The notes below the pieces were generated by a model that was given only the letters and a program-made list of their open reading frames with translations, was not told the origin of the DNA and did not search any database. DNA of 64,000 nt from Lingula anatina (Eukaryota; Animalia; Brachiopoda): positions 59,994,788 to 60,058,787 of the forward strand of contig CM120640.1 in the NCBI GenBank assembly GCA_051362555.1, read 5' to 3'. Made by a program: the position numbers and the translations under genes. This document shows, piece by piece, positions 23,401 to 36,171 of the stretch (the stretch's first letter is position 1; each line of letters begins with the position of its first letter).

Positions 23401-26400
23401 AACATGGAGGCACATATCACACTTTAAACAATGAAAGAAATTGTCTCTACCACCAACTCTGAAATCACAAATATAAGAACTTTGGAGAGGTAACAACTCT
23501 TTTATCCCTTGTATCTCATGTATTATTTATGACGAGCATGTACATCATACCAGATATTGATGGTAAATAAAATCAGTATGCAAATGCCCAAAAACATATA
23601 ACAATATTTTTTTATGAAAAGGCAATTAAAGAATAATATGACAGATGAGTAACTTAAGACATTTAAGTCTACAGAGATATTAAACATACATATTTAGATA
23701 AAAACATCTCAACCTTAATTTTTGCCAAAGTACCTGCATATTCCACAGGCATCACAATGAAACTGCTTCTTATCCTGGTCATCAAACAAATTGCACACTT
23801 GACAGAAATACTTTCCAAACTGGACCATGCACTGTCTGCAATTACTGGCCACCTATATGTGGACATTTCTTTTAAAAATCAAAGTAATCCTATTTTATAG
23901 TTTCACAGAAAAAAGGTTACTAGTAATTAGTTTCTGTCTATACTTCAGGTTTTTAAAAAAACAAATTTAATTCCATAACATATTTATCCAATTAAAACTT
24001 CACAATGCACATTAAGGCTTCGTTCACATGCAATGTCTATTTTCTAAATTCTATTTTCTATTTTCGGTATGTCTTATGATCACGGTCTGTGCACTGAATA
24101 TCCCGTGGCGTAATTACTGGCAGCGCGAGCCAGTTACTATAAGTTACTATAAGTAACTGGCTCGCGCTGCCAGTAATTACGCCGCGGGATATTCAGTGCA
24201 CAGACCAGGCCCGTAGCCAGGGGGGGGTCGGGGGGTTCGAAAGAACCGCCCCTTTTGCTGGGAAAAGGTCCACTCTGGGTAAAATTTTATCTAGGTACAT
24301 GAACATTTTATGGGAAAAGGTCCACTTTTTCAGTAAAAGAACCCCCCTTTTGAAATTGCTGGCTACGGGCAAGCAGACCGTGGTCATAAGATAGCGCGAA
24401 TAGAAAATAGAATTTAGAAAATAGACATTGCATGTGAACGAAGCCTAAGTGTTCCTTATATCAAAATTAAATAAATGTAGACAGAAACAAACAAACAAAT
24501 AAACTAGAGGATCAGAGAGGCGATACCGCCTCCAGATATTGTACCACCAGCTGGAGTAAGCGCATTCGTATGGACCCCCCCCCCTCCTAAAAGGGACACC
24601 ATCACCAGTCTGGTGTTTGACAAGCTCTATAAGATGCAATCAACAAGAGTTCTCAAAATATGCAAAAAATATAACTAAAAATGATACAATCAAGCAGATT
24701 TTCAAATTGACTTGCATTTTCCTACCCTTGCTCACTACTGTATTCTCTAGACAAAAGGCCTATTGGTTTTCCTTGAAATGTGTTGTCAATGGTGCATATA
24801 TGCTGACAAAAGAGAAAACCTAGGGGAAACAATGGGCACATCTCTGCTAGATTTCAAGATATGAGAGGCAAGAAAATATGCAAAGCTCAGTTCATGGTGA
24901 AAAAGTAGGTCAAAGGTCAATTTCAATATCATAGTATATGAATTTCTATTCAAGTTCAATAGCAACCATGGACATTTCTTTGCCAATTTTGCAGATTTAA
25001 AGGCCAGAAAACATGCAAAAAGCAGTTCATCATAAAAAGTAGGTCAAAGGTCAATTTCAAGGTCACAGATTGCTAGTGTATTACTTCCTATTCAAGTTCA
25101 ATAGTAACTATGGACCTATCTGTCAGTTTTGAAGATAAAGGTGAACGAAAATTTGCTAAGTTCAGTTCATAGTAAAAGGAAGGTCAAAGGTCAATTTAAA
25201 GGTCACAGTAAATTGCCAGTTCATGACTTCCTATTTAAGTTCAATAGTAACTATGGACCTATCTCTGCCAGTTTTGGAGATTAAAGGGAACAAAAATTGG
25301 CAAAGTTCAATTCATGGTGAAAAGTAGGCCAAAGGTCAATTTTAAGGTCACTGATTAATTGCCAGTATGTGACTTCCTATTCAAGTTTAATAGTGACTAT
25401 GGACCTATTATGGGCGGCGGTTTATACAAAAATGCAAAACACGATTAGTCGTCATCGTTATCAGATCAGTCGAAATGAAAACACGATTAGTCGTCGTCGT
25501 TATCAGATCAGAAGGCAAAATACGACTAGTAGTCGTCAAAACGCAACTAGTCATCAAAACGCAACTTGTCATCATCAAAACGCAACTAGTCATCATCAAA
25601 ACGCAACTTGTCATCAAAACGCGATTTGACGCCAGATGGCGCCCATTGTACGAAAATCTAGGCCAAGTCACATGATCCACAGTGATCAAAATGGCGGACG
25701 TTATTGAAGCAGCATTATCATATTCCTCGCTCGAACTCGAGAATTATCTCGAGTTCGAGATATTATTATATATATAATATCATTATTAGATTGTACGCGT
25801 AGAGATAATTCTCGAAATAATAAATAATTAGATAATTTATTAAATAATTTGGACATGTTATAAATTTAAAAAAAAACAAAAACACACACTTGTGAAGCAC
25901 TGCTTTATTGTTGTACTCATTTCACAAGTTCCAGATATTATTATATATATAATATCATTATTAGATTGTACGCGTAGAGATAATTCTCGAGGTCGAGCGA
26001 GGAATATGATAATACTGCTTCAATAACGTCCGCCATTTTGATCACTGTGGATCATGTGACTTGGCCTAGATTTTCGTACAATGGGCGCCATCTGGCGTCA
26101 AATCGCGTTTTGATGACAAGTTGCGTTTTGATGATGACTAGTTGCGTTTTGATGATGACAAGTTGCGTTTTGATGATGACTAGTTGCGTTTTGATGACTA
26201 GTTGCGTTTTGACGACTACTAGTCGTATTTTGCCTTCTGATCTGATAACGACGACGACTAATCGTGTTTTCATTTCGACTGATCTGATAACGATGACGAC
26301 TAATCGTGTTTTGCATTTTTGTATAAACCGCCACCCATAACCTATCTCTGCCAGTTTTGGATATTAAAGGGAACAAAAATTGGCAAAGTTCAATTCATGG

Positions 26401-29201
26401 TGAAAAGTAGGTCAAAGGTCAATTTTAAGGTCACTGTTAAATTGCCAGTATGTGACTTCCTATTCAAGTTTAATAGTGACTATGGACCTATCTCTGCCAG
26501 TTTTGGAGATTAAAGGGAACAAAAATTGGCAAAGTTCAATTCATGGTGAAAAGTAGGTCAAAGGTCAATTTTAAGGTCACTGTTAAATTGCCAGTATGTG
26601 ACTTCCTATTCAAGTTCAATAGTAACTATTGACCTATCTCTGCCAGTTTTGGAGATAAAAGGGAACAAAAATTTGCAAAGTTCAGTTCATGGTGAAAAGT
26701 AGGTCAAAGGTCAATTTCAAGCTCACATCTAGATTGCAAGTAAATGACTTCCTATTCAACTTAAATAATAACTATTGACCTATCTCTGCCAGTTTTGGAG
26801 ATATAAGGGACTAAATGTTACAATTCTGAGTTACAAAAATGTGCCACCACAAAGTACTTTTTAATACAGCATAACACGAAAACCGTATGAAATACAAAAA
26901 AACGGAGACCACTCTCAGTGTTGGGCTTTACATGCTCTACAAAATGCAAAAAAGAACGGGTCGCTAGCATTAACGGTTCCCGAATTAGAGACAGTTTTCA
27001 TTTTCGGTATTTTATGGCCGCTACTCCTGTGAAAATGCACCGATTGACCCCAAATTCACAGAGATGAAAGATGACCCAAAGGGTAACACTTTCCAATATA
27101 ATTATTGGTTAAGTCTGTGTAGTGTCTGAATAACAGTGCAAATAATATTTTTTTTCGTAAAAAATTTCATTTTTTTGAAAATTTTGGCCCGTTTGACCTT
27201 GAAATAAAGGTCAAAGGTCAAATCCAAGGGCATATTTGAAATCTACACATATGACTTTTGGAAAGCCGTCTGTAGAAAATTTTCCCATAATTCCTTCCGT
27301 AGGGTAGATAATTGGCATTGAATTTTCAAAAATTTTGACAAGGGTGCATTTCAAGGAGCGTCACGCCCAGGTCAATGTACCGACTGAGACAAAAAAACCT
27401 GGGGGTTCAAGTTGAGGTTATATGTGACCTAAATCCAAGAGATGGGGACAGGGGTCCTTGCGGTCTAGGAGGAGAAGCGGTAACGGTGACTTGTATCCGG
27501 CGCCAGTACGCGGAGCCGGCGGAGCTTACGGAGCCGGCGGAGCCAACGGAGCCGGACGAGACGGGTCGGGACTAAAACCATGAGTACCGCCAGCGTACAC
27601 GCTGGTGGTACTAATAAAATCTTGTGTTATTCTTTTTTGCTTCAACCTACTGGTTGCTGTTCTGCACACTTGAGACATTTCACCTTCCTCACATCTTTGC
27701 GTTGTATTTGGTGTTGTTCAGCTTCATCATGGCACACACGACATGTGTAGATCTTGTTGCAACATGGTGTCTACATGATTGAAAAAAAAAGCAAGAATAT
27801 TCTTTAAGTTCACTTATATTTACAATTAAAAATACTTTTCATTTCATAAAAAAATTAATAGCAAATCTCAAATGGTCTTCCAAGTAGTGACAATGAAGCA
27901 GGGCCGTGGACAGTCATTTTGAAGGGGAGATTCTATTCCTGAAAAAGTGGACCTTTTACCATGAAACTTTTGATTAAATTTTACCAAGCACGGTGTCACG
28001 TGAAGAAACTGTCGTCGTGAATAAACCGTTCTGGCGGATTATTCACGCGGGGGTAGCAGTCTGTTGACTTACAGTATGTAGCTGCACATGCATTTCCATC
28101 ATTTCCCCGTAGAGAAAGTTGTAGTATTATCAAACACACAATTTATTTTTAATGAAAATGACTGAACTCTGAATTGAAAGAACATTGTAGAGTGAAAAGA
28201 TTTATACTACGAGTCTTAGATCTGCCACGTTTTTTACACAGAGCAAAACAGTTCAGTCACGATCAAAAGCTCACTTCCAACATTCCCCCGTATACTGTAT
28301 TAATAAGATTATCAAATACATACTCTCTCATGACGAAAACCACAAAATTATGAATTGGAAAATCATAGTTCAGTGCAACCATAGCGCCTACTTAGGACGA
28401 CATCATCATACCGGAAGTAACTTCTTTCAATCTACCCTCAATGCGCATGTGCAGAACGGTTTCGTCACGGCACGGGTCTATCACGCCACACCGACCATTT
28501 ATTGGCAAAAGGGGGTCGTTTAACCCCTTCTCCTCATCTTGGGGGGGGGGGGCAGAGCTGACATATTAAAGAAGTAATACTCTTTCTTCTTTACGTGATA
28601 CCATGCAATGCCTCTTATTTAAACCTACTAGTATGTAAATGAAGACAAGATGTTCTGGCATTCTGATTAATTTTATATATTTCCCTGGTGTACCCAGTGG
28701 CGGAGTTAGAGGGAGGGGATGGTCAGGGGAATCCTGCCCCCCCTCCCCCCCCCCCCCCCTTCGGTTTCTGGTCCCCTCTTGAAATAAGAATTTTGACTAC
28801 AGTAGCTGAATCAAAGTTTTAAACCGTCAAAAAAGTTCGGGGCCCATGATACATGACACATGATAGTGAGGTGCAGCGGTCCCCTCCCCCACGTTTACAG
28901 CACAGTTAAGTACTGAGTATAAGTGCACAGATTTACATTATTATTTGATACTTGGACCTAAATAGATTGATACTATGCCAGTAATTTACAACTCCCAAGA
29001 ATCAAAGATTTAATATGGCACTCAGTAAAATTCATTCAATCTTTCATAGCTAGACAAGCTTCAATAATTATATGGAATAGCTGATCTTACAATAAATGCA
29101 CATTTACGCCTGTAGTGTTCACATCCCAAGTTTTTTTCATCAGAATCGGTAGATTTTTCGTTGACATCACTACTGCCATCTGCACTATCCGTGTCCGCCA
29201 T
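20449..29201 (-). CDS. RCHY1: RING finger and CHY zinc finger protein 1 (Pirh2) E3 ligase, ~315 aa
   Basis: 9 exons: 29201-29091, 27770-27651, 23852-23734, 23458-23380, 23218-23115, 22340-22311, 21723-21579, 21108-21006, 20585-20449. Motifs [75 protein letters not shown]. The last exon is the least certain. Confidence 0.95.
24016..24445. mobile_element. Second copy of the long-TIR Harbinger-like MITE, centre deleted, with a nested insertion
   Basis: TAA TSD; GGCTTCGTTCACATG...CATGTGAACGAAGCC. Confidence 0.85.
24206..24373. mobile_element. GC-rich MITE with 5-bp TSD nested in the Harbinger-like MITE
   Basis: cagac|CAGGCCCGTAGCCAG...CTGGCTACGGGCAAG|cagac; removing it restores the host TIR sequence. 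Confidence 0.8.
24503..27612 (-). mobile_element. Helentron-associated (HINE-like) element with central 146-bp tandem repeats, in RCHY1 intron 2
   Basis: One end ACTAGAGGATCAGAGAGGCGATACCGCC, other end hairpin GTACCGCCAGCG-TACA-CGCTGGTGGTAC; no TSD, A-rich flanks; homologous copy at 36611-38362. Confidence 0.8.
25409..26339. mobile_element. Foldback element with ~350-bp TIRs and 6-bp TSD, inserted in a HINE repeat unit
   Basis: acctat|TATGGGCGGCGGTTTATAC...GTATAAACCGCCACCCATA|acctat; the host unit reads tatgg-acctat-ctctgcc. Arms carry 18-21-bp repeats (TCATCAAAACGCAACTAG). Confidence 0.85.
27994..28490. mobile_element. Degenerate TGT...ACA MITE (Ginger-like)
   Basis: Imperfect TIR TGTCACGTGAAG...AAACCGTTCTG vs TGTGGCGTGATAG...AAACCGTTCTG; flanks acgg/ccga. 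Confidence 0.45.
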
Positions 29202-29798
29202 TGGAACGGTTAAAAACCATCGGTAGAGGGTGCTGCAAAATGCGAAAGGTGAGCAGACGTGTACAAGACAGCTTCGCGCATTTGGAGCCCAGTAAATGCC
29301 CAGAAAATGTCCAGAAAATATATCCAATGAGAAACAGTCTGAAGGTGTAGAGACTTCCGCGTATTTTGTGAACCAACCATTGCAAAAAAAGACAACACGT
29401 TAACAAAATAAATAAATGATAAATAAAAAAATAAAACAAACCCTGGAAATTCTAACACTTCCCAGTAACCACTACTGTACATTACAACCGTTTAACATTT
29501 AATTTTTAAAACCAATTTAAATATATATGAAGAGTCTCGTTTTATTTAACAGTTATCAGAAATACACGTATAACAAATTTCTGCGGCGCGACAATTTCGG
29601 CAAGGGACTGAAACATTCCGGCATTCCGGACACTCAGAAGTAAGAGGGCGCTACTGTAAAGTTGACCCATTTTCCTGTATTTTAATGACCCTCTATAACT
29701 ATAGACGGATGACCAGAGCCTACTTAGTTGACTCGTATCGAAGAATAGGGCCTACTCCGACTTCGGATACTTGATTTCATTTGCCCGATTTGCCCTGA
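29202..29798. promoter_or_regulatory. Probable bidirectional promoter between RCHY1 and ACCS-like A
   Basis: Divergent ATGs with 597 bp between them; CpG-containing patches; tandem CATTCCGG motifs near 29613-29630. Confidence 0.45.
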
Positions 29799-30196
29799 AT
29801 GGAGTCTACTGCTGAACTGTCTCAGTTTGCCAGTGGTGTGCAAAAGTATCCCAATTTTCTAAGAAGCTATGGAGACCAAGTCACCCGGAATCCGTATGAC
29901 GAAGTCAACAACCCCCAGGTCAGTGTCAGGTAACATTTCAGATATTTCTTGGGAGTTAATATTATACCTATCCAGTATATTGGACAAGGAGACGGAACTC
30001 ACCTCTCTAGACATAATTTAAGCAAGGGAGGAATGCACTGGTAGTAGAGGGTTGAGTCTCCACTGAGTTTTCATTTTACAACCGGACAATGGACAAGTTA
30101 TCGTACCAGCAGGATCGATCTTCCTCTGCGGGGATTCTAGCTAAAGTGTAGTCATTGTAATCACCTTAATTGTCTGGCACGCCCCCTCGAAAAGCT

Positions 30197-30234
<38 letters not shown>

Positions 30235-33200
30235 TAAGGGGGGGGAGAGGTTAATTGTCGCCGTTTCCGCTGCACGAATATGTTAGTGGCCTAATTGCGA
30301 GATTCTCGAGGGGGCGTGTCCGAGGGTCACTCAAAACACAATATAAAAAATATGATATCCAACACCTGAATGCTCTATAAAGATTTAAAAAAGAGTGTTT
30401 TATTTTTCAGGGCATACTGAAGTTGGGGATTGCTGAGAACAAGCTGACGGAAGAAATCATTATCAAACGGGTGTGAGAAACAACACATGACTGTTGAAGT
30501 CTTTGGAGTCCATTATCTTTCAACATAAAATTCAAATTTTCTAGTATCTGTAAAAGGATAGAACGTATTGCAGTTTTAAGCCAAATGTTTTACAAGGGTG
30601 CAACGTGCTGCAGTTTTTAGCGCCAGTCAAACAATTTGATCTTATACATATATTTACAACGATCAAAATAAACTTGATGTGTAAATTTGGCACAAATATC
30701 AATTTTTTATTATTCTTACATTGTTATGTAACATTTACAATTGCAGCTCTCTGCCCCCGACATGCATGTAGTCACCCCTGATATGCTGTATTATTTTAAC
30801 TACATTGGCGAGAAGAGGTAGACCTACAACGAGGGGAAAAAAACGGGAAATCAATTACACTAGTGCTACTCTTTAAACTTGTAAAACAATAAAATGTATT
30901 TTTGGGCTTAGTTAAAATTAAAGCGCAATTCAGAGGAGTATCATGTAGGAATAGATGCCAAAATGTAATATGATATGTTTAATATTCCTCTCTTGTGTTT
31001 TAGCTTCAGGAACGCTATTGCCGAATTTATCACAGAAAGATTCCACACACGTAAGCCTGTTGACCCAGACGATGTAAGTGGTAGGTCTATCTGGTTCGAA
31101 GTTAAGTGATATGATTAGATGCGATAATTAACTCGGCTACTAAAATGCTACACCAGTGTTTGTCTGCGTGCTGCGTTGCTCTGTGTGAATTGATGTCATT
31201 GTTTTATGAGTCACCGATTAAGGTGTTTTCATTTATTTTATTTGACCATTTTTATGTTTAAGGTGTTGGTCATCAATGGGTGTGGTACTGCCCTGGAACA
31301 ACTCCCTGCTGCTGTAGCTGACCCCGGGGGTGAGTGGAGCACTTACGTGCCTTTTGTATTTGTAATGGACTAAATTTAATGGTGTAGGTATATCGTAATA
31401 TCAGTTTTTGACTATGTCATTTCTCAGATTATTTTCTTTTTACAGACTTCTTCCTGTGCCCATCGCCCGTCTACAGTTCTGTCCACGCGAACGCAGAACT
31501 GAGGATGAAAGTCAAGTGTTTCGATGTGCCATTGAAAAGCAAGGTTGTCTGTTTGTTGATGTTTGTCTTGTTAATTTTATGGATGAACAAATAAGTTCGG
31601 CTCTGCTGAGTTTTGCATTTAACTTTATTGCAGAAAAGTTAATTAGTCAAGGTAATGAAGGTGGTTTGTTTGTTGAATTTGCTTCTTACCAAAGGCTAGG
31701 TATGTGGTGACGGCATTTCTAATCAACAATTCGCTCACAATACAGAAATGAGCACAGAATTATTTTTAGTCAGAGAAATATAAATATCTAATGAAGAATC
31801 TCTCTGCGGCCCTTGTAGAAGGTAGCTGAGGTCTGCGTTTTCTTTTGATTGGATGCATAAAACACGCTTAATCGACTAGATGCTGATAAATAGGGGAGCT
31901 TCTATCTCTGAGCTCCAAAGAACTGACGATGACTCTATTTACCAACAATATGTTCTCCGTCATTGTTTTAGTATCTCGGGTAAAATTAGCTTACGCTATT
32001 TAGGAACCAGCAAACTAATATTGGGTCCTAGATTATATAGAGGAGTTTTAGAAAAATTATGAAAAGCAAACTGAAGAGATATTAATGAACTTTAATGTGA
32101 TGTTATCGTGTTTGATCTTGTTTTCAACCCATCGCAAAATATAAGTATGCTCTCAATTACAGGCAAGTGATGCTGCAATAAGGCCATTCCAGCTTACGTT
32201 GGCTCAGATAGAAGGTTCATATAACGAGGCAATAAAACTGGTGCGTGCATAGTCATTGGGATAAAACTACAGAAAACGTGTGATCTCAATAAGCATTCTC
32301 TACATATTGATATATCATTGTGATAAACGTATTTTAGAAGAAAGCAACACGATACACGTTTGCAATATTACATCACCATGTCACTTGTGCAGTGCTAATC
32401 GGTCTCTTCAGGGATTGAAAGTAAAAGGCATATTCCTCATAAACCCCTGCAACCCAACTGGAGAAATCTGTTCTCGTGACCTGCTGACAGAAATATTAAA
32501 CTTCGCAAAAAGGTATGATTCACCTTTTTTTGACCATATGAATTCCTATTATACGTATATTTCAAATGTCCCCTGTGCCCTTTTCTGTTTTAGTTTTAGG
32601 CCCAAATATTTCAGCGAGGTATATGGTCCAGGGTTTAATATCTGTTTTCATAATATTCTTTGTTCTTTCAATAGTCGATGTCTTCATGTAATAGTTGACG
32701 AGATCTACGCCTTGTCCGTGTTTGATTCAGAGGCCAGGTTCCACAGCGTTCTCTCACTTCCAGATCTCCCAGACCCTCAACGCACGCACGTTCTATGGGG
32801 ATTTAGTAAAGTAGGTAACTCCCATGCCAATAAATTATTTTCCACTTTTGCGTATTATTTTCTTTCGACGAAAAACTATTCAAAACACCTATTAAAGACG
32901 TTAAACGGTGGCGCTGAATCTAGTGTTTTTAAACCAAACAGGCGATAACAAACTTATTTCGTGCACATTTAATGTTAGTTATTGACAACCACGAGTGAAT
33001 AAGGAGCGGGGCAGTGTTTTGTAGAGTAACTGAGTTGCTTGGCATGTCCTCATAATACTTTAGCAGAGGAATGCAATGTAAACGGAGAAGGCCGCTTGAA
33101 AAATGAAAAGAAGGCGGCTTGAGAACCAACTGGAAATAAAATGACATGAAAAAATATAACGCTGTTGTATTTACTACCTCATGTACATGTAACAACAGAA

Positions 33201-35422
33201 AGTAAAGTCACACACTCACACAAGATTTCTTGAATTAGTTCCGTGTGTTTTATCAAATACTGACTTGTTCTGAGAGTTTATGCTCTGACACATACAGTAG
33301 GTTGATATCACACAAGAGAAAATAAATAATGGTTGGTTCGTATCGCAACGTCGGATCGTTGCATTATGACTTTCTAAGACCAGCCCTAGATTTATATTAC
33401 TTCTTTGAACAAGCTTGTCACCTCATTGAGATATTATAGATGCTTTCTTTCTCTCTAGGATTTTTCGCTGTCGGGATTTCGCTGTGGCGTGGTAGTCACG
33501 CAAAATGTCCACATCAAGGCCCATCTGAATAACGTGGCTTACTACCAATGCACTCCGCCGATACTACAGAACATGCTCAGGATTATGTTATCAGACAAAG
33601 GTGTGAGAGGATTTTATACGTGCTTTCTCAGATATTTTGCAACGGCTATTTTGAATGAAATGTCTGAATAATGACTTTCTTGTCACCGCTACAATGCCTT
33701 TTTTAGTTTTGATGAACGTTTTAGAAAGAAATTAAGAAAATAGTTACCTTTAATCGTTGCGTATTGATACCGAAGAAATCCACCGATAGATAAACGTGAA
33801 AGAAGGCGGTTATTTAGATGAAATCTTGCGTTTAGTGAATGTGTTAAGTGCGCTTGTGTATTCTTCACTTTGCGACCTTTTAAGTATGATTATTTTTCTG
33901 TAATTTTCAGAGTGGTTAGACCGAACTTATTTTCCGACAAAACTAAAACTGACGAGAGAAGGGTTTGCGTCTGCTGTAAAAGAGCTTAGTGATGTTGGCG
34001 TTAAATGTCATCCTAGTCAAGCTGCTTTCTTTTTATGGGCCGATTTTAGTGCGGTGAGAATTTTGTTTTTCAGTTAAGTGCAGTGTGTGTTTGTGTGTGT
34101 GAAATTGAGCGTTGCAATACAAAATCATTCACTATACATAGGAGCAGCAAAAACTGAACCAAATGTATCCAACCAAAGTTTTAAATATTTTTTTCTGTCA
34201 TTCAGTTTTTGTCCAGTAGTGACCGAGATGGAGAGATGGAATTGTTTCAGCGTTTCCTGTCAGCTGGAGTGTATGTGGTTCCTGGAACAAGTATGTTTTG
34301 TACGGAACCGGGCTGGTTCAGAATAACATTCACTTTGCCAAAACCGTACTTTCAGGAAGGCAAGTTGCAACATTTATCACTTCAACAAACAATTATGTGG
34401 GTCTTCTGTTGAGTGCTTTGATATTAAGATCTGATTTGGTATTTGGTTGACACCTTGATTTCAAGTAACAAAACAAAACAAAAAAAAAAAAAAAAAAAAT
34501 GCCATTTTCGTTTCAAAGACTGAAACCTTAGTTCAAAGTAAATATAACGTGGAAGGCACTAACCCAATGCCAGTCCCAACCCCATAACTGCGTAGCATCA
34601 TCCGCACAATAGTTTATTGTATTTGATTTAAAAAGTCACTTATTCCTCAAATTTGGTTTCCGCCATCTTTCAACTTCCGGTGGACTTCTTTTAAATTTTT
34701 CATTATTTATTCATTTGAGATAAATGCATTACATGCAAAAACGGATTCGTTTGGTCTGTTAAATGTTTTCCGGTAAGTAGGCCCTACAAATAACGATGGA
34801 ACTTACCATTTCGATGGTTCCGAACTCTAATTTTGTTATGAAGGAGTACAATGTGGTTGAGTGCAGCTCAGATCTCAAACTAAATGGAATGTCAGTACCA
34901 AACCGATTGGTCCGATTTTCTACAGCAATGAGGAATGCTTTTAATCTCAAGAACCCTAAGCCATGTTTTTGTTCATTGATCATAAATTTCTTTTGGTGAT
35001 TATTGCATCAGGTGACATAAAAACCGTGTACAGTGGTGTAGGTGGGTCTTAGTCTGGAGTGTCTGCTAATAGATTCCTCGATCTCCTTATGAACTTGCTT
35101 TAAATGCTTTAACTCAGTAAGTCTCCGCAGAAGAGTTCTTATCGGTTCTTATGGACCTCCAATCACGGGCCCCAAATTACCACCTATATTTGTATCTATG
35201 TTTACTACCTAAAGGATAAGGGCTTTCTTGGCACCAGGCCCTGAAAGGATTAAAAGCTCAATAGAAAAAATGTTTTCTTTTATCCAAATATTTAAAACAA
35301 ATTTAGATTAAAAAAAGTACTCATATGGCATCATTATATTTTTTACTGTTTCAGGATTAAGAAGAATTAAGACCACCCTAAACGAAAGCCGGCAACATAG
35401 GCCTAAGCCTCCAAACATCTGA
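29799..35422 (+). CDS. ACCS: ACC synthase-like PLP-dependent enzyme, paralog A (~435 aa)
   Basis: 13 exons: 29799-29918, 30411-30470, 30747-30817, 31004-31073, 31263-31329, 31446-31543, 32163-32240, 32412-32512, 32675-32810, 33459-33600, 33911-34053, 34206-34359, 35355-35422. Motifs NPYDEVNNPQGILKLGIAENKL, NPCNPTG, DEIYALS, WGFSKDFSLSGFRCG (PLP lysine), EPGWFR. The last intron is GC-AG. Confidence 0.92.
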
Positions 35423-35985
35423 AGACTATTCTGTATGATTTATTCATTCATTGAAGATATATCCTATAAAACATGTTAAATTAGTACTATTCTATAAAAC
35501 ATTAATGTTCATTTGTTATATCATTAGTAAACATTATTATATGATATCTGGGAATACGAGGTCTGATGAAACTCAACAATGACGGACGACATCGTTGTCT
35601 ATTTTTTTTACCAGTCAGAGAAAAACAAACAAAAGATAGCCACTGTGTTGGATGCCAGAAATGTTGCAAATTTTGATGTTATCTTGGACAACAGTGACAT
35701 TCAGATATTTCATAATGTAATAAAACTATAATGTGATTTGCTCTAAGTTAATATGTTATGTTCAAGATCTCAGCCAAAGTCAATAATTATATAAAAACAT
35801 ATAATCAAAGAAGACGAGTTGTTTACTTGAATTACATAAAAAATTACCTTTCAAAATGTGAACAAATGCTTATTTTAATTTTTACTTTCGCTGTTCATCC
35901 TAACGGTTCTTTTGCGCCAGTTCAAATAAATGCTTGTTTGGTAACAGTGTCTACAAAAAGGTAAATAAAGGTTTTGCTCTGGATT

Positions 35986-36139
35986 TTAAATACCACGGAC
36001 GAGGACGCTACGGAGTCTTTTTAGACCTGAAATTGGAAGAAGTCAAAACTAAAGCAGTCGTGGTTATGTTATAAAATCTTTCTTAATTCATAATGATGAT
36101 TTGGATATGACCCCCCCCCCCCAAAAAAAAAAAAATAAA

Positions 36140-36171
<32 letters not shown>

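Noticed and set aside
25369-26376. Repetitive mirrored ORFs (HQNATS, IIKTQLV, MMTSCVL) and a CRISPR-like look
   Set aside because: They arise from 18-21-bp tandem repeats in the two arms of the foldback element; no unique spacers, no cas genes, eukaryotic context.
32280-32948. 222-aa ORF, the longest in the track
   Set aside because: It is ACCS-A exons 8 and 9 joined through a 162-nt stop-free intron. Paralog B has an intron at the same site, and retention would disrupt the PLP domain.
35560-35600. CTGATGA motif resembling a Penelope-type hammerhead
   Set aside because: No GAAA core after a stem; at best a dead remnant.
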